A stretch of 64,000 nt of DNA from assembly GCA_037189525.1 (NCBI GenBank), contig JBBCJC010000003.1, positions 288,001-352,000 on the forward strand, read 5' to 3'. The notes under the pieces are model-generated. The model did no database searches. It was not told where the DNA came from and worked only from the letters and a program-made list of their open reading frames with translations. The DNA is from Gemmatimonadales bacterium (GTDB lineage: Bacteria > Gemmatimonadota > Gemmatimonadetes > Gemmatimonadales > GWC2-71-9). Within the stretch, counting starts at the first letter, position 1; each line of letters opens with the position of its first letter. Of this stretch, positions 1 through 8,232 are shown piece by piece. A program made the position numbers and the translations under genes.

Positions 1-74
1 AGCAGCAGGAGGGCTGGGAACGATCCTCCCAGGCGGTCAACTGGATCCTCGCCTGGTCGGGAGACGCGCCATGA
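1..74 (+). CDS. PadR-family transcriptional regulator, C-terminal fragment (truncated by window edge)
   Basis: Frame from nt 3 reads QQEGWERSSQAVNWILAWSGDAP-stop(72-74), like the C-terminal helix of PadR proteins; PadR genes typically precede ADOP permeases. Confidence 0.55.
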   Translation, partial: QQEGWERSSQAVNWILAWSGDAP

Positions 75-156
75 TTCGGGTCATACAAGGTGCGCACGAC
101 CCATCCTGTCACGACGACCGCGCAGCGCGATCGGCGGAGCACGGAGCGACCATCCC

Positions 157-2850
157 ATGAGTGTCTGGACCGAGATCCGAGCCCGCTGGCGGGCGCTCCG
201 CCACGGTGCCGAGGCCGACGGTGAGACCGCCGAGGAGATTGGCTTCCATCTGGAGATGGAGGAGCGGAAGTATCGCGAGCGCGGTTACGGTGCGGAGGAA
301 GCTCGCCGGCTCGCCCGGGTGGCGTTCGGCGGGGTGACCCAGACCCGCGAGCAGGTGCGCGCCGCGCGTGGCGTAACGCTGCTCCACGATCTGGCGCGCG
401 ACACGCGTCAAGCCTTCCGCCAGCTCCGGATGGCGCCGGGGTTCACCGTGGTTGCCGTTGCCACGCTCGGGCTGGGCATCGGCGCCAATACGGCCGTCTT
501 CAGCGTGTTGAACGCGGTGCTCCTCCGCCCGATGCCCTTCGCGGAGCCGGACCGGCTCGTGATGGTGTGGGAGACCGATCGGCGGAGTGAGACCACGCGG
601 GAGCCCGCGGCCTGGCCCGACTATCTCGACTTCCGCGCCGCGCTCACGAGCACCTTTGCCGACCTGGCGGCGATGACGGGCCGAGCGGTGAGCCACACTC
701 CGGTCGGTGCGGAGCCGGCACGGTTGCGTGGCCTGGCGGTGACGGCCAGCCTGTTCGACGTACTCGGCGTCCGGCCGATTGCCGGCAGGCTCTTCGCACC
801 TGGCGAGGCCGAGCCAGGTGGCCCGCGCGTCGTAGTGCTCGGCGAGCGGTTCTGGCGTGCCCGGCTGGCGGGAGACCCGGCCGTGATTGGTGCTCCCATC
901 TTACTCGACGACGAGCCATATACGGTGATCGGCGTCGCCCCCGACGATGCCAGTGTCGGGATCGATCAGATCCACGGGCGAGCCGCCTATCACTCGACCT
1001 ATCAGCGCGGTGGAGCCGTCGAAGTGTGGCTGCCGCTCCAGGCGAGCGCAGCGGCCTTTCCGCGTTCGACCCATCCGTTCCTCTTGCTCGGCCGCCTGCA
1101 GCCGGGAATGGGACTCACCGCTGCGCAGGAGGCGGCTGCGGCCGTGGCGCTGGATCTCGAACGCCGGTATCCCGTCAACGTGGATCGCGGCGTGTTCATC
1201 GAGCCGCTCGAGCGTGTAGTACTCGGCCCTATCGAGCCCATCGTGTGGCTGCTGGTCGGAGCGGTGGCGCTGGTACTCACGGTTGCGTGCGTCAATGTCG
1301 CCAACCTGCTGCTCGCGCGCGGCACGGTGCGGACCCGCGAGGTCGCTGTCCGTGGCGCGCTCGGCGCCGGGCTCGGGAGGCTCGGCCGGCAATTCGCGGT
1401 CGAGGCCGTCGTGCTGGCGCTCGCGGGTACGGCCGTCGGGCTCGTTCTGGCGTATGGAGGCGTTGCTGCCCTCGTTACGCTAGCGCCCGCCGATGTGCCG
1501 AGACTCGACCAGGTGCGCATCGACGGACGGGTTCTGGGCGTCTCGATTGCCGTGGCAATCGGGGTCGGCCTCATCTTCGGCTTGGTGCCGACGCTCCAGG
1601 CGTTCCGGCTCGACCTGCTGGCCACGCTTCGCGGCGACACGCCCGGAGGCGGTACCCGGCGTACCGGCAACCTGGTCCGTAGCGGCCTGGTGGCGGCGGA
1701 ATTGGCGTTTGCAGTCGTGCTGCTGGTCGGGGCAGGGCTGCTCGTGCGCAGCTTCCAGACCGTGTTGCGGGTCGATCCCGGCTTCCGCGCCGATGGGGTA
1801 CTCAAGGCCGAGTTCGATCTCCCGCCGAGCCGGTATCCGAGAGAATGGACGCGGGTGCCGGACTCGCCGACCATGCGGGCGTTTCACGCGAGCCTGCTTG
1901 AGCGGGCCCGCGCCTTACCGGGCGTCGTCGCGGCATCGATCGCGATGGCGCATCCGCTCGACCGGAGCTTCTCCAACGGCTTTGTCGTCGTCGGCCGCGA
2001 GGGGGAAGCGGAAGATTGGCCCGAGATCGCAACCCGAGTGGTCTCGGATGGCTACTTCGCGACGGTGGGCGTCGGGTTGCGCACCGGGCGGCTCCTCGGC
2101 GCGGCCGACGATGCAGTCGCCCCGCCGGTCGTGCTCATCAACCGGGCAGCGGCGGACCGGTTCTTCTCCGGGCATGACCCGCTAGGTCAGCAGGTCCGGT
2201 TCTGGGGCGCGGCCCGGCGGATCGTCGGCGTCGTCGAGAACGAGCGTATCTTCGGACTCACCGAAACGCCGCCGCCCGCGCTCTATCTGCCGTTGGAACA
2301 ATCGGTCCCCAATACCGGCGTGCTCCTGATCCGGACCGATCGGCCCGCGCACCGGCTCGCCAACCCGGTGCGCCAGGCCGTCTGGAGCATCGATCCCGCG
2401 CTCCCGGTCTTCGGAGTCGAACCCCTGATCGAGACCCTGGCCGACTCCATGGCCGAGCGGCGCTTTGCCATGACGGTGCTCGGGGTGTTTGCGGGGCTGG
2501 CGCTGGTGCTCGCGCTGGTGGGCATCTATGGCGTGGTGAGCTACACCACGGCGCAGCGCACCCGGGAACTCGGCATTCGCTCCGCGCTCGGCGCGAGCCG
2601 CACCGAGCTGATGCAGCTCGTCCTTCGGCATGAGTTCCGCATTGCCTTGGTCGGGGTGGTCGTCGGCGGGGTCGGTGCGCTCGCGGCGACCCGCCTCATG
2701 GCGGGGCTCCTCTTCGGAGTCGGATCGACCGATCTCCTCACCTATGTGGCGGCTGTGGTTCTCGTATTGCTGGCCGCGCTCGGTGCGGCGTGGCTTCCGG
2801 CGCGGAGGGCGGCTCGGGTCGCCCCGGTCGATGCGTTGCTGGCGGACTGA
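157..2850 (+). CDS. ABC transporter permease, ADOP-type duplicated MacB/FtsX permease with N-terminal prefix domain
   Basis: 897 aa; EEIGFHLEM prefix, TLGLGIGANTAVFS, ACVNVANLLLARG, RTRELGIRSALGA, WLPARRAARV motifs. Confidence 0.92.
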   Translation: MSVWTEIRARWRALRHGAEADGETAEEIGFHLEMEERKYRERGYGAEEARRLARVAFGGVTQTREQVRAARGVTLLHDLARDTRQAFRQLRMAPGFTVVAVATLGLGIGANTAVFSVLNAVLLRPMPFAEPDRLVMVWETDRRSETTREPAAWPDYLDFRAALTSTFADLAAMTGRAVSHTPVGAEPARLRGLAVTASLFDVLGVRPIAGRLFAPGEAEPGGPRVVVLGERFWRARLAGDPAVIGAPILLDDEPYTVIGVAPDDASVGIDQIHGRAAYHSTYQRGGAVEVWLPLQASAAAFPRSTHPFLLLGRLQPGMGLTAAQEAAAAVALDLERRYPVNVDRGVFIEPLERVVLGPIEPIVWLLVGAVALVLTVACVNVANLLLARGTVRTREVAVRGALGAGLGRLGRQFAVEAVVLALAGTAVGLVLAYGGVAALVTLAPADVPRLDQVRIDGRVLGVSIAVAIGVGLIFGLVPTLQAFRLDLLATLRGDTPGGGTRRTGNLVRSGLVAAELAFAVVLLVGAGLLVRSFQTVLRVDPGFRADGVLKAEFDLPPSRYPREWTRVPDSPTMRAFHASLLERARALPGVVAASIAMAHPLDRSFSNGFVVVGREGEAEDWPEIATRVVSDGYFATVGVGLRTGRLLGAADDAVAPPVVLINRAAADRFFSGHDPLGQQVRFWGAARRIVGVVENERIFGLTETPPPALYLPLEQSVPNTGVLLIRTDRPAHRLANPVRQAVWSIDPALPVFGVEPLIETLADSMAERRFAMTVLGVFAGLALVLALVGIYGVVSYTTAQRTRELGIRSALGASRTELMQLVLRHEFRIALVGVVVGGVGALAATRLMAGLLFGVGSTDLLTYVAAVVLVLLAALGAAWLPARRAARVAPVDALLAD

Positions 2851-3057
2851 GACGCGGTGCCGCGCCAGGTGTGTATCAGGCAGCGCGGAGAGAACACCGG
2901 ATTGCCGGACAGACGTACGCCGGGACCACCGGGAAGGTCCTCCACGGCGAGCAGGAGGTCCTGGTCGAGGACATGAGTCGGAAGGCTGGTAATCTCGACT
3001 GAGGCGCGCGTCGAGACCGCTGTGCCATTATGCCCAGGTGGCACCCGGAGAACGACA

Positions 3058-3089
3058 AAGGCCGATCCGTCTCGAGACGGATCGGCCTT
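3058..3089 (-). terminator. Intrinsic terminator hairpin, possibly bidirectional, between convergent genes
   Basis: Perfect 32-bp palindrome AAGGCCGATCCGTCTC/GAGACGGATCGGCCTT, followed by T residues on the minus strand, 22 nt after the anti-sigma stop. Confidence 0.7.
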
Positions 3090-3111
3090 GTGAGAGATCG
3101 CGCGAGGATGA

Positions 3112-4140
3112 CTATTCGCGAACGTCGATGGCGCGCGCCATGGCGTTGAGCGAATCGGCCGGGAAGTTGGCGATGACGCTCAGGATCCGGAGCCGCCGCG
3201 GGGTTCCGGCGCCGCTGCTGACGTAATCGGGCGGCGTCAGCGCGGGGGTGCTGGCGCGAACCTGGCCCGGCGTCCGCGCGGCGTAGCGCTCGAGCAGCTG
3301 CTCGACCCGTTCGATCGGGCCCTCGACCGTGCGGATCAACCGGCCGGACGGATGCTGCTGGACGACGACTACGATCGGGCGCTCTTCGCCGCCGATCTGC
3401 TGCAGTTGGATATCCAGAATCGGGAGTCCGCTGATACGGGGCATGTTGCCGCCGGTCTCCGCCCGCGCCTGCTGCCAGTCGACCGACTGCCAGAGGCCTT
3501 CAAACCCGACGCTCTCTTCATCCGGGACCACCGCACTGACTTGGACCACCGGGGTGGCGGCCTGGGGCCGGATCGGGGCGGTGCGCAACGTCCGCGCCTC
3601 CTCACGAACCAGGGGGATCCGATCACCGGTGGGCTCGACGGCCGACGAGTTGTCGACCACGACCGATCCGGTCGAGTCATCGGCCACCAGGGCGACGGGA
3701 CCCGCCGCAACCAGCGTCCGACCCACCGTTTCAGCCGAAGGCTCCGCAACTGCGACCGTCGCAGGAGCAGCTGAGCCGGCCGGTCCGCCGCCCTGCATCC
3801 ACCAGCCCAACCCGACCGCGCCGACCAGGCCGGCCGCGATCAGCCCGACCCGACGCACCCGGCCGATCAGCGCCCGGCGGCGGGCCTGATGCTTCGCGAC
3901 GATCCGCTCATACGAAGGAATCGGGGTGACCCGACGCGGGGCCGTATCCGCCAGGAGGGCGGTGATCCGGTCCCGAACTGCCGCAACGTCATCACGCAGG
4001 TGCCGGCACTGCCGGCACTCCGCCAGATGACATTCGATTTCGACGCACTGCGAACGGCTCAGCGCCTGATCCAGATAGGCGTGGAGCTCGTCCTCAGGAA
4101 TGTGCCGCGGCGCGCCGTCGATCGTGATCCATCCCGTCAT
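3112..4140 (-). CDS. Zinc-finger (zf-HC2) membrane anti-sigma factor
   Basis: ATG at 4140 (MTGWITID); ELHAYLD..HLAECRQC HxxxCxxC motif, one TM helix (VGLIAAGLVGAVGLGWW), extracytoplasmic C-terminus; directly downstream of an ECF sigma. Confidence 0.85.
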   Translation of the reverse strand: MTGWITIDGAPRHIPEDELHAYLDQALSRSQCVEIECHLAECRQCRHLRDDVAAVRDRITALLADTAPRRVTPIPSYERIVAKHQARRRALIGRVRRVGLIAAGLVGAVGLGWWMQGGGPAGSAAPATVAVAEPSAETVGRTLVAAGPVALVADDSTGSVVVDNSSAVEPTGDRIPLVREEARTLRTAPIRPQAATPVVQVSAVVPDEESVGFEGLWQSVDWQQARAETGGNMPRISGLPILDIQLQQIGGEERPIVVVVQQHPSGRLIRTVEGPIERVEQLLERYAARTPGQVRASTPALTPPDYVSSGAGTPRRLRILSVIANFPADSLNAMARAIDVRE

Positions 4141-4612
4141 ATGCGTCCAGGAGTCGTTTGCGGGCTCTTGCCAACGTGGTGCCGATTGCACCGACGGCGA
4201 GCCCGGTTTGCTCTGCAATCTCCGGATAGCTGAGTCCCGCGTCCCACAGCAACAGGACCTCCCGGTCCCGCTCCGACAACGTGGCCAGGGCCTCGTTGAC
4301 CAGCGCCTTCCGTTCGTCGTACTCGACCGCCTCATCCGCCGTCCGCTCCGGCGTGGACATCGGCAGGGGGTCGTTGGTGAGCAGCATCAGATGCTTCTTC
4401 CGACGGACCGCCGCGCGCGCTTCGTCACGAGCCAGATTGGCGGCAACGGCAAAGACCCACGCCCTCGGCTTCTCCGGCTGATGCGACATCGCGCGGATGA
4501 AGACTTCCTGGGCAAGATCTTCCGCGCGGTCCGCATCCCAGACCTTCCGGTACAGGAAACGAACAACGGCGGTGTACGTCGATTTATAGAGGCGCTCCAG
4601 ATCGTCGGTCAT
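4094..4612 (-). CDS. ECF (sigma-70 group 4) RNA polymerase sigma factor
   Basis: ATG 4612 with GGAGAAGG RBS; AEDLAQEVF region 2, LSERDREVLLL..GLSYPEIAE region 4. Confidence 0.92.
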   Translation of the reverse strand: MTDDLERLYKSTYTAVVRFLYRKVWDADRAEDLAQEVFIRAMSHQPEKPRAWVFAVAANLARDEARAAVRRKKHLMLLTNDPLPMSTPERTADEAVEYDERKALVNEALATLSERDREVLLLWDAGLSYPEIAEQTGLAVGAIGTTLARARKRLLDAYDGMDHDRRRAAAHS

Positions 4613-4864
4613 AGGACCTTCTCCTGTGCGTGTCTCCGACAAGGTAATGCGATTACGTGAATGGTAGACGCCTGCCCGGCGCGTCCTTGCACACCAACAC
4701 CTAAACTGTTGTACCAGCGCGGTTTACGGTACGTCGCTTCGTTCGAGCTTTACATGAAGTCGCAAGACCTGAAACTGATATCAACTTGCGACGTAATTGC
4801 CTGGTGCAAAAGTATTTATGTGAAGCAATGTAATGTAATTTCTAGAAAGAATGTGTAAATGGTT

Positions 4865-5617
4865 CTAGAAAGCACACCCGGGATGCCGCGCCTCCTGGCC
4901 CTTGGGCCACTTGAAGCACAGGCCAGGCTTGGCGGGCCGGCCGTCCGGGCGGGTCCGACCGTGCAGGGTACAGAGAACCCCGCCCTCCTCGAGATATCCA
5001 CATGCCGAAATCATCTCGACCCCGAGCGAGTCGGGCGTCTCCCGGCTGACCTTACAGAGATATGGGCTCTTCCGGGTCCGCACCAGGTCTTCCAGATGCT
5101 GGTTCCGTTCGGTGCAGAGGATCTCGACCTGGAGGTCCCGACAGCAGGCGGCGCCTACGGTATGGTCGGAGGTCTGGCACCGGGCGGTCAGGCAAGGCGT
5201 TTTGGGTACGCTCAGGACCGCTAGCTGCCGCTTGGGCGGTGGCGGACCCTTCAGCGTCAGCGGCGTCGGCTGTCCGTTCTGAATGACGATGAAACGGTCG
5301 TTGCCCAACTGCCGAGGCTGTTTGACCTGGCGCGGTTGGGGCAGGGCTGCCCGATATCGGTGGGCGCCGCAGCGAATCTGGCCGTTGTCGATCTTCGCAT
5401 ACCGGCACGGGACATCCAACCGGACCCGAGCCCGCAGTTCGGTGCCGAACCGGAACAGCGACCCGAACTTGATCCGTTGGGTATGACCGTAGAGCCAGGT
5501 GGCCTCGGGGTCCATGGTACGAGCGGTCCGGGGGTTGTCGTCATCCGCAACCCGAAGTGTGACCGACAAGCCGAGGCAGTGGGCGCCGGCACGTTTACAT
5601 TGAGGGACGAGTGGCAT
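4865..5617 (-). CDS. Cysteine-rich protein with two YkgJ/CxxCxxCC-like (putative Zn/Fe-S) repeats
   Basis: Probable ATG 5617 (MPLVPQCKRAGAHC); first unit C..GAHC...PCRY...C, second unit C...C...ACC...CGYL...CTLH...KP.LC..WP. Confidence 0.6.
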   Translation of the reverse strand: MPLVPQCKRAGAHCLGLSVTLRVADDDNPRTARTMDPEATWLYGHTQRIKFGSLFRFGTELRARVRLDVPCRYAKIDNGQIRCGAHRYRAALPQPRQVKQPRQLGNDRFIVIQNGQPTPLTLKGPPPPKRQLAVLSVPKTPCLTARCQTSDHTVGAACCRDLQVEILCTERNQHLEDLVRTRKSPYLCKVSRETPDSLGVEMISACGYLEEGGVLCTLHGRTRPDGRPAKPGLCFKWPKGQEARHPGCAF

Positions 5618-5662
5618 GGGGCGTAAACGTAGACACTGGTAAACCAGTGGCAAGCGCTTATA

Positions 5663-5682
5663 TTTGTGAAGATTTTCACAAA
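5663..5682. promoter_or_regulatory. Palindromic operator matching Rex (TTGTGAA-N4-TTCACAA) and CRP (TGTGA-N6-TCACA) consensus
   Basis: TTTGTGAAGATTTTCACAAA; overlaps a rightward -10-like TATATT (5659-5664) and fills the spacer of a leftward TTGTTT-N17-TATAAG promoter. Confidence 0.8.
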
Positions 5683-5763
5683 CAAACAACGGGCCGTTGT
5701 CGGGGCCGGCGCCGTTGAGCGATTCAACGAGCCCACGAGATGACTTCGGAAGGGGATCTGGAA

Positions 5764-6240
5764 ATGCGTACGATCGGGTGGTTGGTTGGTGCGTCGTTGT
5801 TACTGACGGCCTGTGGCGGTGGCGACAAGGCGCCTGCAGCTAATGCGGCCCCGGCGACGGATGCTCCGGCGACCCCTGCGCCGGTGGCAGGTGCGAACGG
5901 TACGACGCACAACGTGAACATGGTGCTCGAAGGCGCGGACTACAAGTTCGTTCCCGCCGAACTCACCATCAAGGCGGGCGATCGCGTTGTTTTCCACAAC
6001 GTGAGCGGCGGCCCGCACAACGTGCAGTTCTGGGGTGACAGCGTGCCGGCCGAGTCTCGCGCTGCGCTCGACGCCGCCATGCCGGGCGACAAGCTGGGCG
6101 AGCTCAATGGCCCGCTCATGACCGCGCCGAACGAGACCTACGAGATCTCCTTCGCGGGTTTGGTGGCGGGTGAGTACCGGTTTACCTGCACGCCGCACAT
6201 CGCCAACAACATGAACGGCAAGATCACCATCCAGCCGTAA
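5764..6240 (+). CDS. Plastocyanin/azurin-family type-1 blue copper lipoprotein
   Basis: Lipobox LLLTA-C; Ala/Pro linker; GPHNV His ligand and C-x2-H-x4-M (CTPHIANNM) copper site. Confidence 0.9.
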   Translation: MRTIGWLVGASLLLTACGGGDKAPAANAAPATDAPATPAPVAGANGTTHNVNMVLEGADYKFVPAELTIKAGDRVVFHNVSGGPHNVQFWGDSVPAESRAALDAAMPGDKLGELNGPLMTAPNETYEISFAGLVAGEYRFTCTPHIANNMNGKITIQP

Positions 6241-6267
6241 GGCTTGGTGGGTAGCAGTGCGATGGAC

Positions 6268-6296
6268 CAAAGGCCCCGCCGAACGCGGGGCCTTTG
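6268..6296 (+). terminator. Rho-independent terminator
   Basis: CAAAGGCCCCGC-cgaac-GCGGGGCCTTTG 12-bp stem just after the blue copper gene. Confidence 0.8.
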
Positions 6297-6308
6297 TCGT
6301 ATCGGGTA

Positions 6309-6422
6309 GGCTGCTCAGTCAGGTAGGCGATAGGTAAGTAGGCAAGTGGGCAAGTAGGTAAGTCGGTAGGCAGGTAGGCAGGTAGGCGAGCAGGCAGGCA
6401 CGCGTTCAGGTCGGCTGCTCAG
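6309..6422. repeat. Degenerate 4-bp-period purine-rich microsatellite flanked by a 10-bp direct repeat
   Basis: Run of GTAG/GTAA/GCAG/GCAA units (about 6319-6400); GGCTGCTCAG at 6309-6318 and 6413-6422. Confidence 0.7.
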
Positions 6423-6433
6423 GCCGCCTGTCG

Positions 6434-7291
6434 TTACGCTTGCCGAGCAAAGACCGTTCGGGTCAATCCGATGACGACCGCAGCAATCGCGAGGCCTGCC
6501 AGCGCATCGACCGCGTAGTGCATCTGACAGTAGACTACTCCTACCGTGAGCAGCACCGACGGGACGGCGGCCACGACGCCGAGTGCTCGGCTGCTCCGCC
6601 AGGTGGCGACAGTTGCGACCCAGGTGGCGGCAACATGGGAACTCGGGAAGGCCGCGCCGAATGAGCTGCCGCGCTCGAGCACGCCGTACACGGCTCGCGC
6701 GGCCCAGTTATCCAGGAACTGCGAGTCGGGCCTCGGGTACTCGTAGTAGGGGCCGGCCACCGGGGCCAGGATGAAGCAGACGTAGCAGAGGACGAACACC
6801 GCCATCAGCGAAAACAGCGTCCTCGACAGCTCGCCATCATCCCGCCGCTGGAGTGCAATCAGTACGGGGACTGGAACGATGAAATAGTACGAGAAGTACG
6901 CCGCGTGAAAGAGCGTGGACGGGACCCGTTCGTTCCATCGCTGCCACCAGATCCGACTCACTTCCTCACCGAACAGGCCCCGTTCCCAGCCGAGGACGAT
7001 CGCGTCGTAAGTTCGCGCGCTGCCGAATCCGCTCAGGAGGTCCAGGGCGCCATAGAGAGCCAGCAGCAGTACGATCGGGCCGAAGTTGCGGAGCCAGCGA
7101 CCCCGATGGCCCGGGAGGCGCTGAAACATGACGAGGAGCGCGAGGAGCAGGAGGTGCGCAGCGACGGCCCAGACCACCGCGGGGTGGCGGTCGAGTCGCC
7201 CGAGGCCGACGATGGTGACAAACGCGGCATAGCCGGCCAGCAGCCACTCGGCCGGTCGGACGGTTACAGCCACCCTTGCTGGCGATACCAT
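6434..7291 (-). CDS. PAP2-superfamily membrane phosphotransferase, Aur1/Ipt1 (inositol phosphorylceramide synthase)-like
   Basis: Multi-TM; PVAGP, AFPSSHV and HYAVD motifs; lacks the K-x6-RP and SR of classical PAP2 phosphatases; last gene of the spt operon. Confidence 0.75.
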   Translation of the reverse strand: MVSPARVAVTVRPAEWLLAGYAAFVTIVGLGRLDRHPAVVWAVAAHLLLLALLVMFQRLPGHRGRWLRNFGPIVLLLALYGALDLLSGFGSARTYDAIVLGWERGLFGEEVSRIWWQRWNERVPSTLFHAAYFSYYFIVPVPVLIALQRRDDGELSRTLFSLMAVFVLCYVCFILAPVAGPYYEYPRPDSQFLDNWAARAVYGVLERGSSFGAAFPSSHVAATWVATVATWRSSRALGVVAAVPSVLLTVGVVYCQMHYAVDALAGLAIAAVVIGLTRTVFARQA

Positions 7292-8232
7292 GCGGCTGTG
7301 GCGCGGGCGCCGGCTGCGAAGTCATGCCGGGCGGTCCATCCGGTGGCGGTCTCGAGGGGGGCGGGGTCCGCCAGCCAGGCCGGGGCAAAGAACTCCGCCG
7401 TCTTGTCGTAGGAGAGCACGGTCGCCCGACCCGCAAGGCGCGCAGCACGATCGGTTATGGCCAGCAGCCCTTTGCCGACCGGCTCGGGGATGCCGATGAC
7501 GCGCACCCGGCGGCCTACCGCCTCGCCGGCCAGACGGACCATCTCTCGCGTGGTCAGGATTTCCCGGTGGCAGGCATAGTAGACCTGCCCGATCGTCGCA
7601 GGGGTCAACGACGCCGCGATCAGCGCATCGACCAGGTCGGGGCCGTAGACCACCGACAGCTGCTGCTCGCCGCGACCGAACACCGGAGCGACACCGAGCG
7701 TGGCCGCTTTGAAGATCCGGAACATTTCGCGGTCGCCTGGTCCGTAGACGGCCGGCGGGCGGATGATGGTCCAGGGCAGGGGAGAACGGCGCACCAATTC
7801 TTCACCGGCCAGCTTGCTGCGGCCATAGCGGGTCACCGGAGCCGCCGGCTCTGTGCCGACCAAGCGTACGCCGGGCGAGGTAGGCCCTCCGGCCGCGAGC
7901 GACGATATCAGGATGAAACGCGGATTCCCGGCGTGCAGGGCGGCGTCGAGCATCACGCCGGTGCCTTCCCGGTTGACGGCCAGGAACTCTTCTTCGTTCC
8001 GTGCGGCAATCAGTCCGGCAACATGAAAGACGACGTCATGGTTGGCCATCGTGTCGGCCAGGGTCCGCGCCGATCGGATATCGCCCTGGACGAGGGTGGC
8101 GCCCAGGGCGCTCAGCGCGGTGGCGCGCGCCGGGGTGCGCACCAGGGCCGTGACGTCATCGCCGCGGGCCCGGAGTGCTGCAACGAGGTGGCCGCCGACG
8201 AAGCCGGTCGCCCCGGTGACGAACGCTTTCAC
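7264..8232 (-). CDS. NAD-dependent epimerase/dehydratase family; putative ceramide reductase (CerR-like)
   Basis: TGATGFVG Rossmann motif, YGRSK catalytic YxxxK, RPPAVYGPGD; position in the spt operon. Confidence 0.75.
   Translation of the reverse strand: MKAFVTGATGFVGGHLVAALRARGDDVTALVRTPARATALSALGATLVQGDIRSARTLADTMANHDVVFHVAGLIAARNEEEFLAVNREGTGVMLDAALHAGNPRFILISSLAAGGPTSPGVRLVGTEPAAPVTRYGRSKLAGEELVRRSPLPWTIIRPPAVYGPGDREMFRIFKAATLGVAPVFGRGEQQLSVVYGPDLVDALIAASLTPATIGQVYYACHREILTTREMVRLAGEAVGRRVRVIGIPEPVGKGLLAITDRAARLAGRATVLSYDKTAEFFAPAWLADPAPLETATGWTARHDFAAGARATAAWYRQQGWL

Noticed and set aside
2851..3002. Short ORF-like text (..GEQEVLVEDMSRKAGNLD) as a transposase or gene remnant
   Set aside because: Too short, no convincing start or motif; cannot be supported without a search
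5764..6240. Evidence of phototrophy from a plastocyanin-like protein
   Set aside because: Cupredoxin lipoproteins are widespread; there are no puf/bch genes in the window
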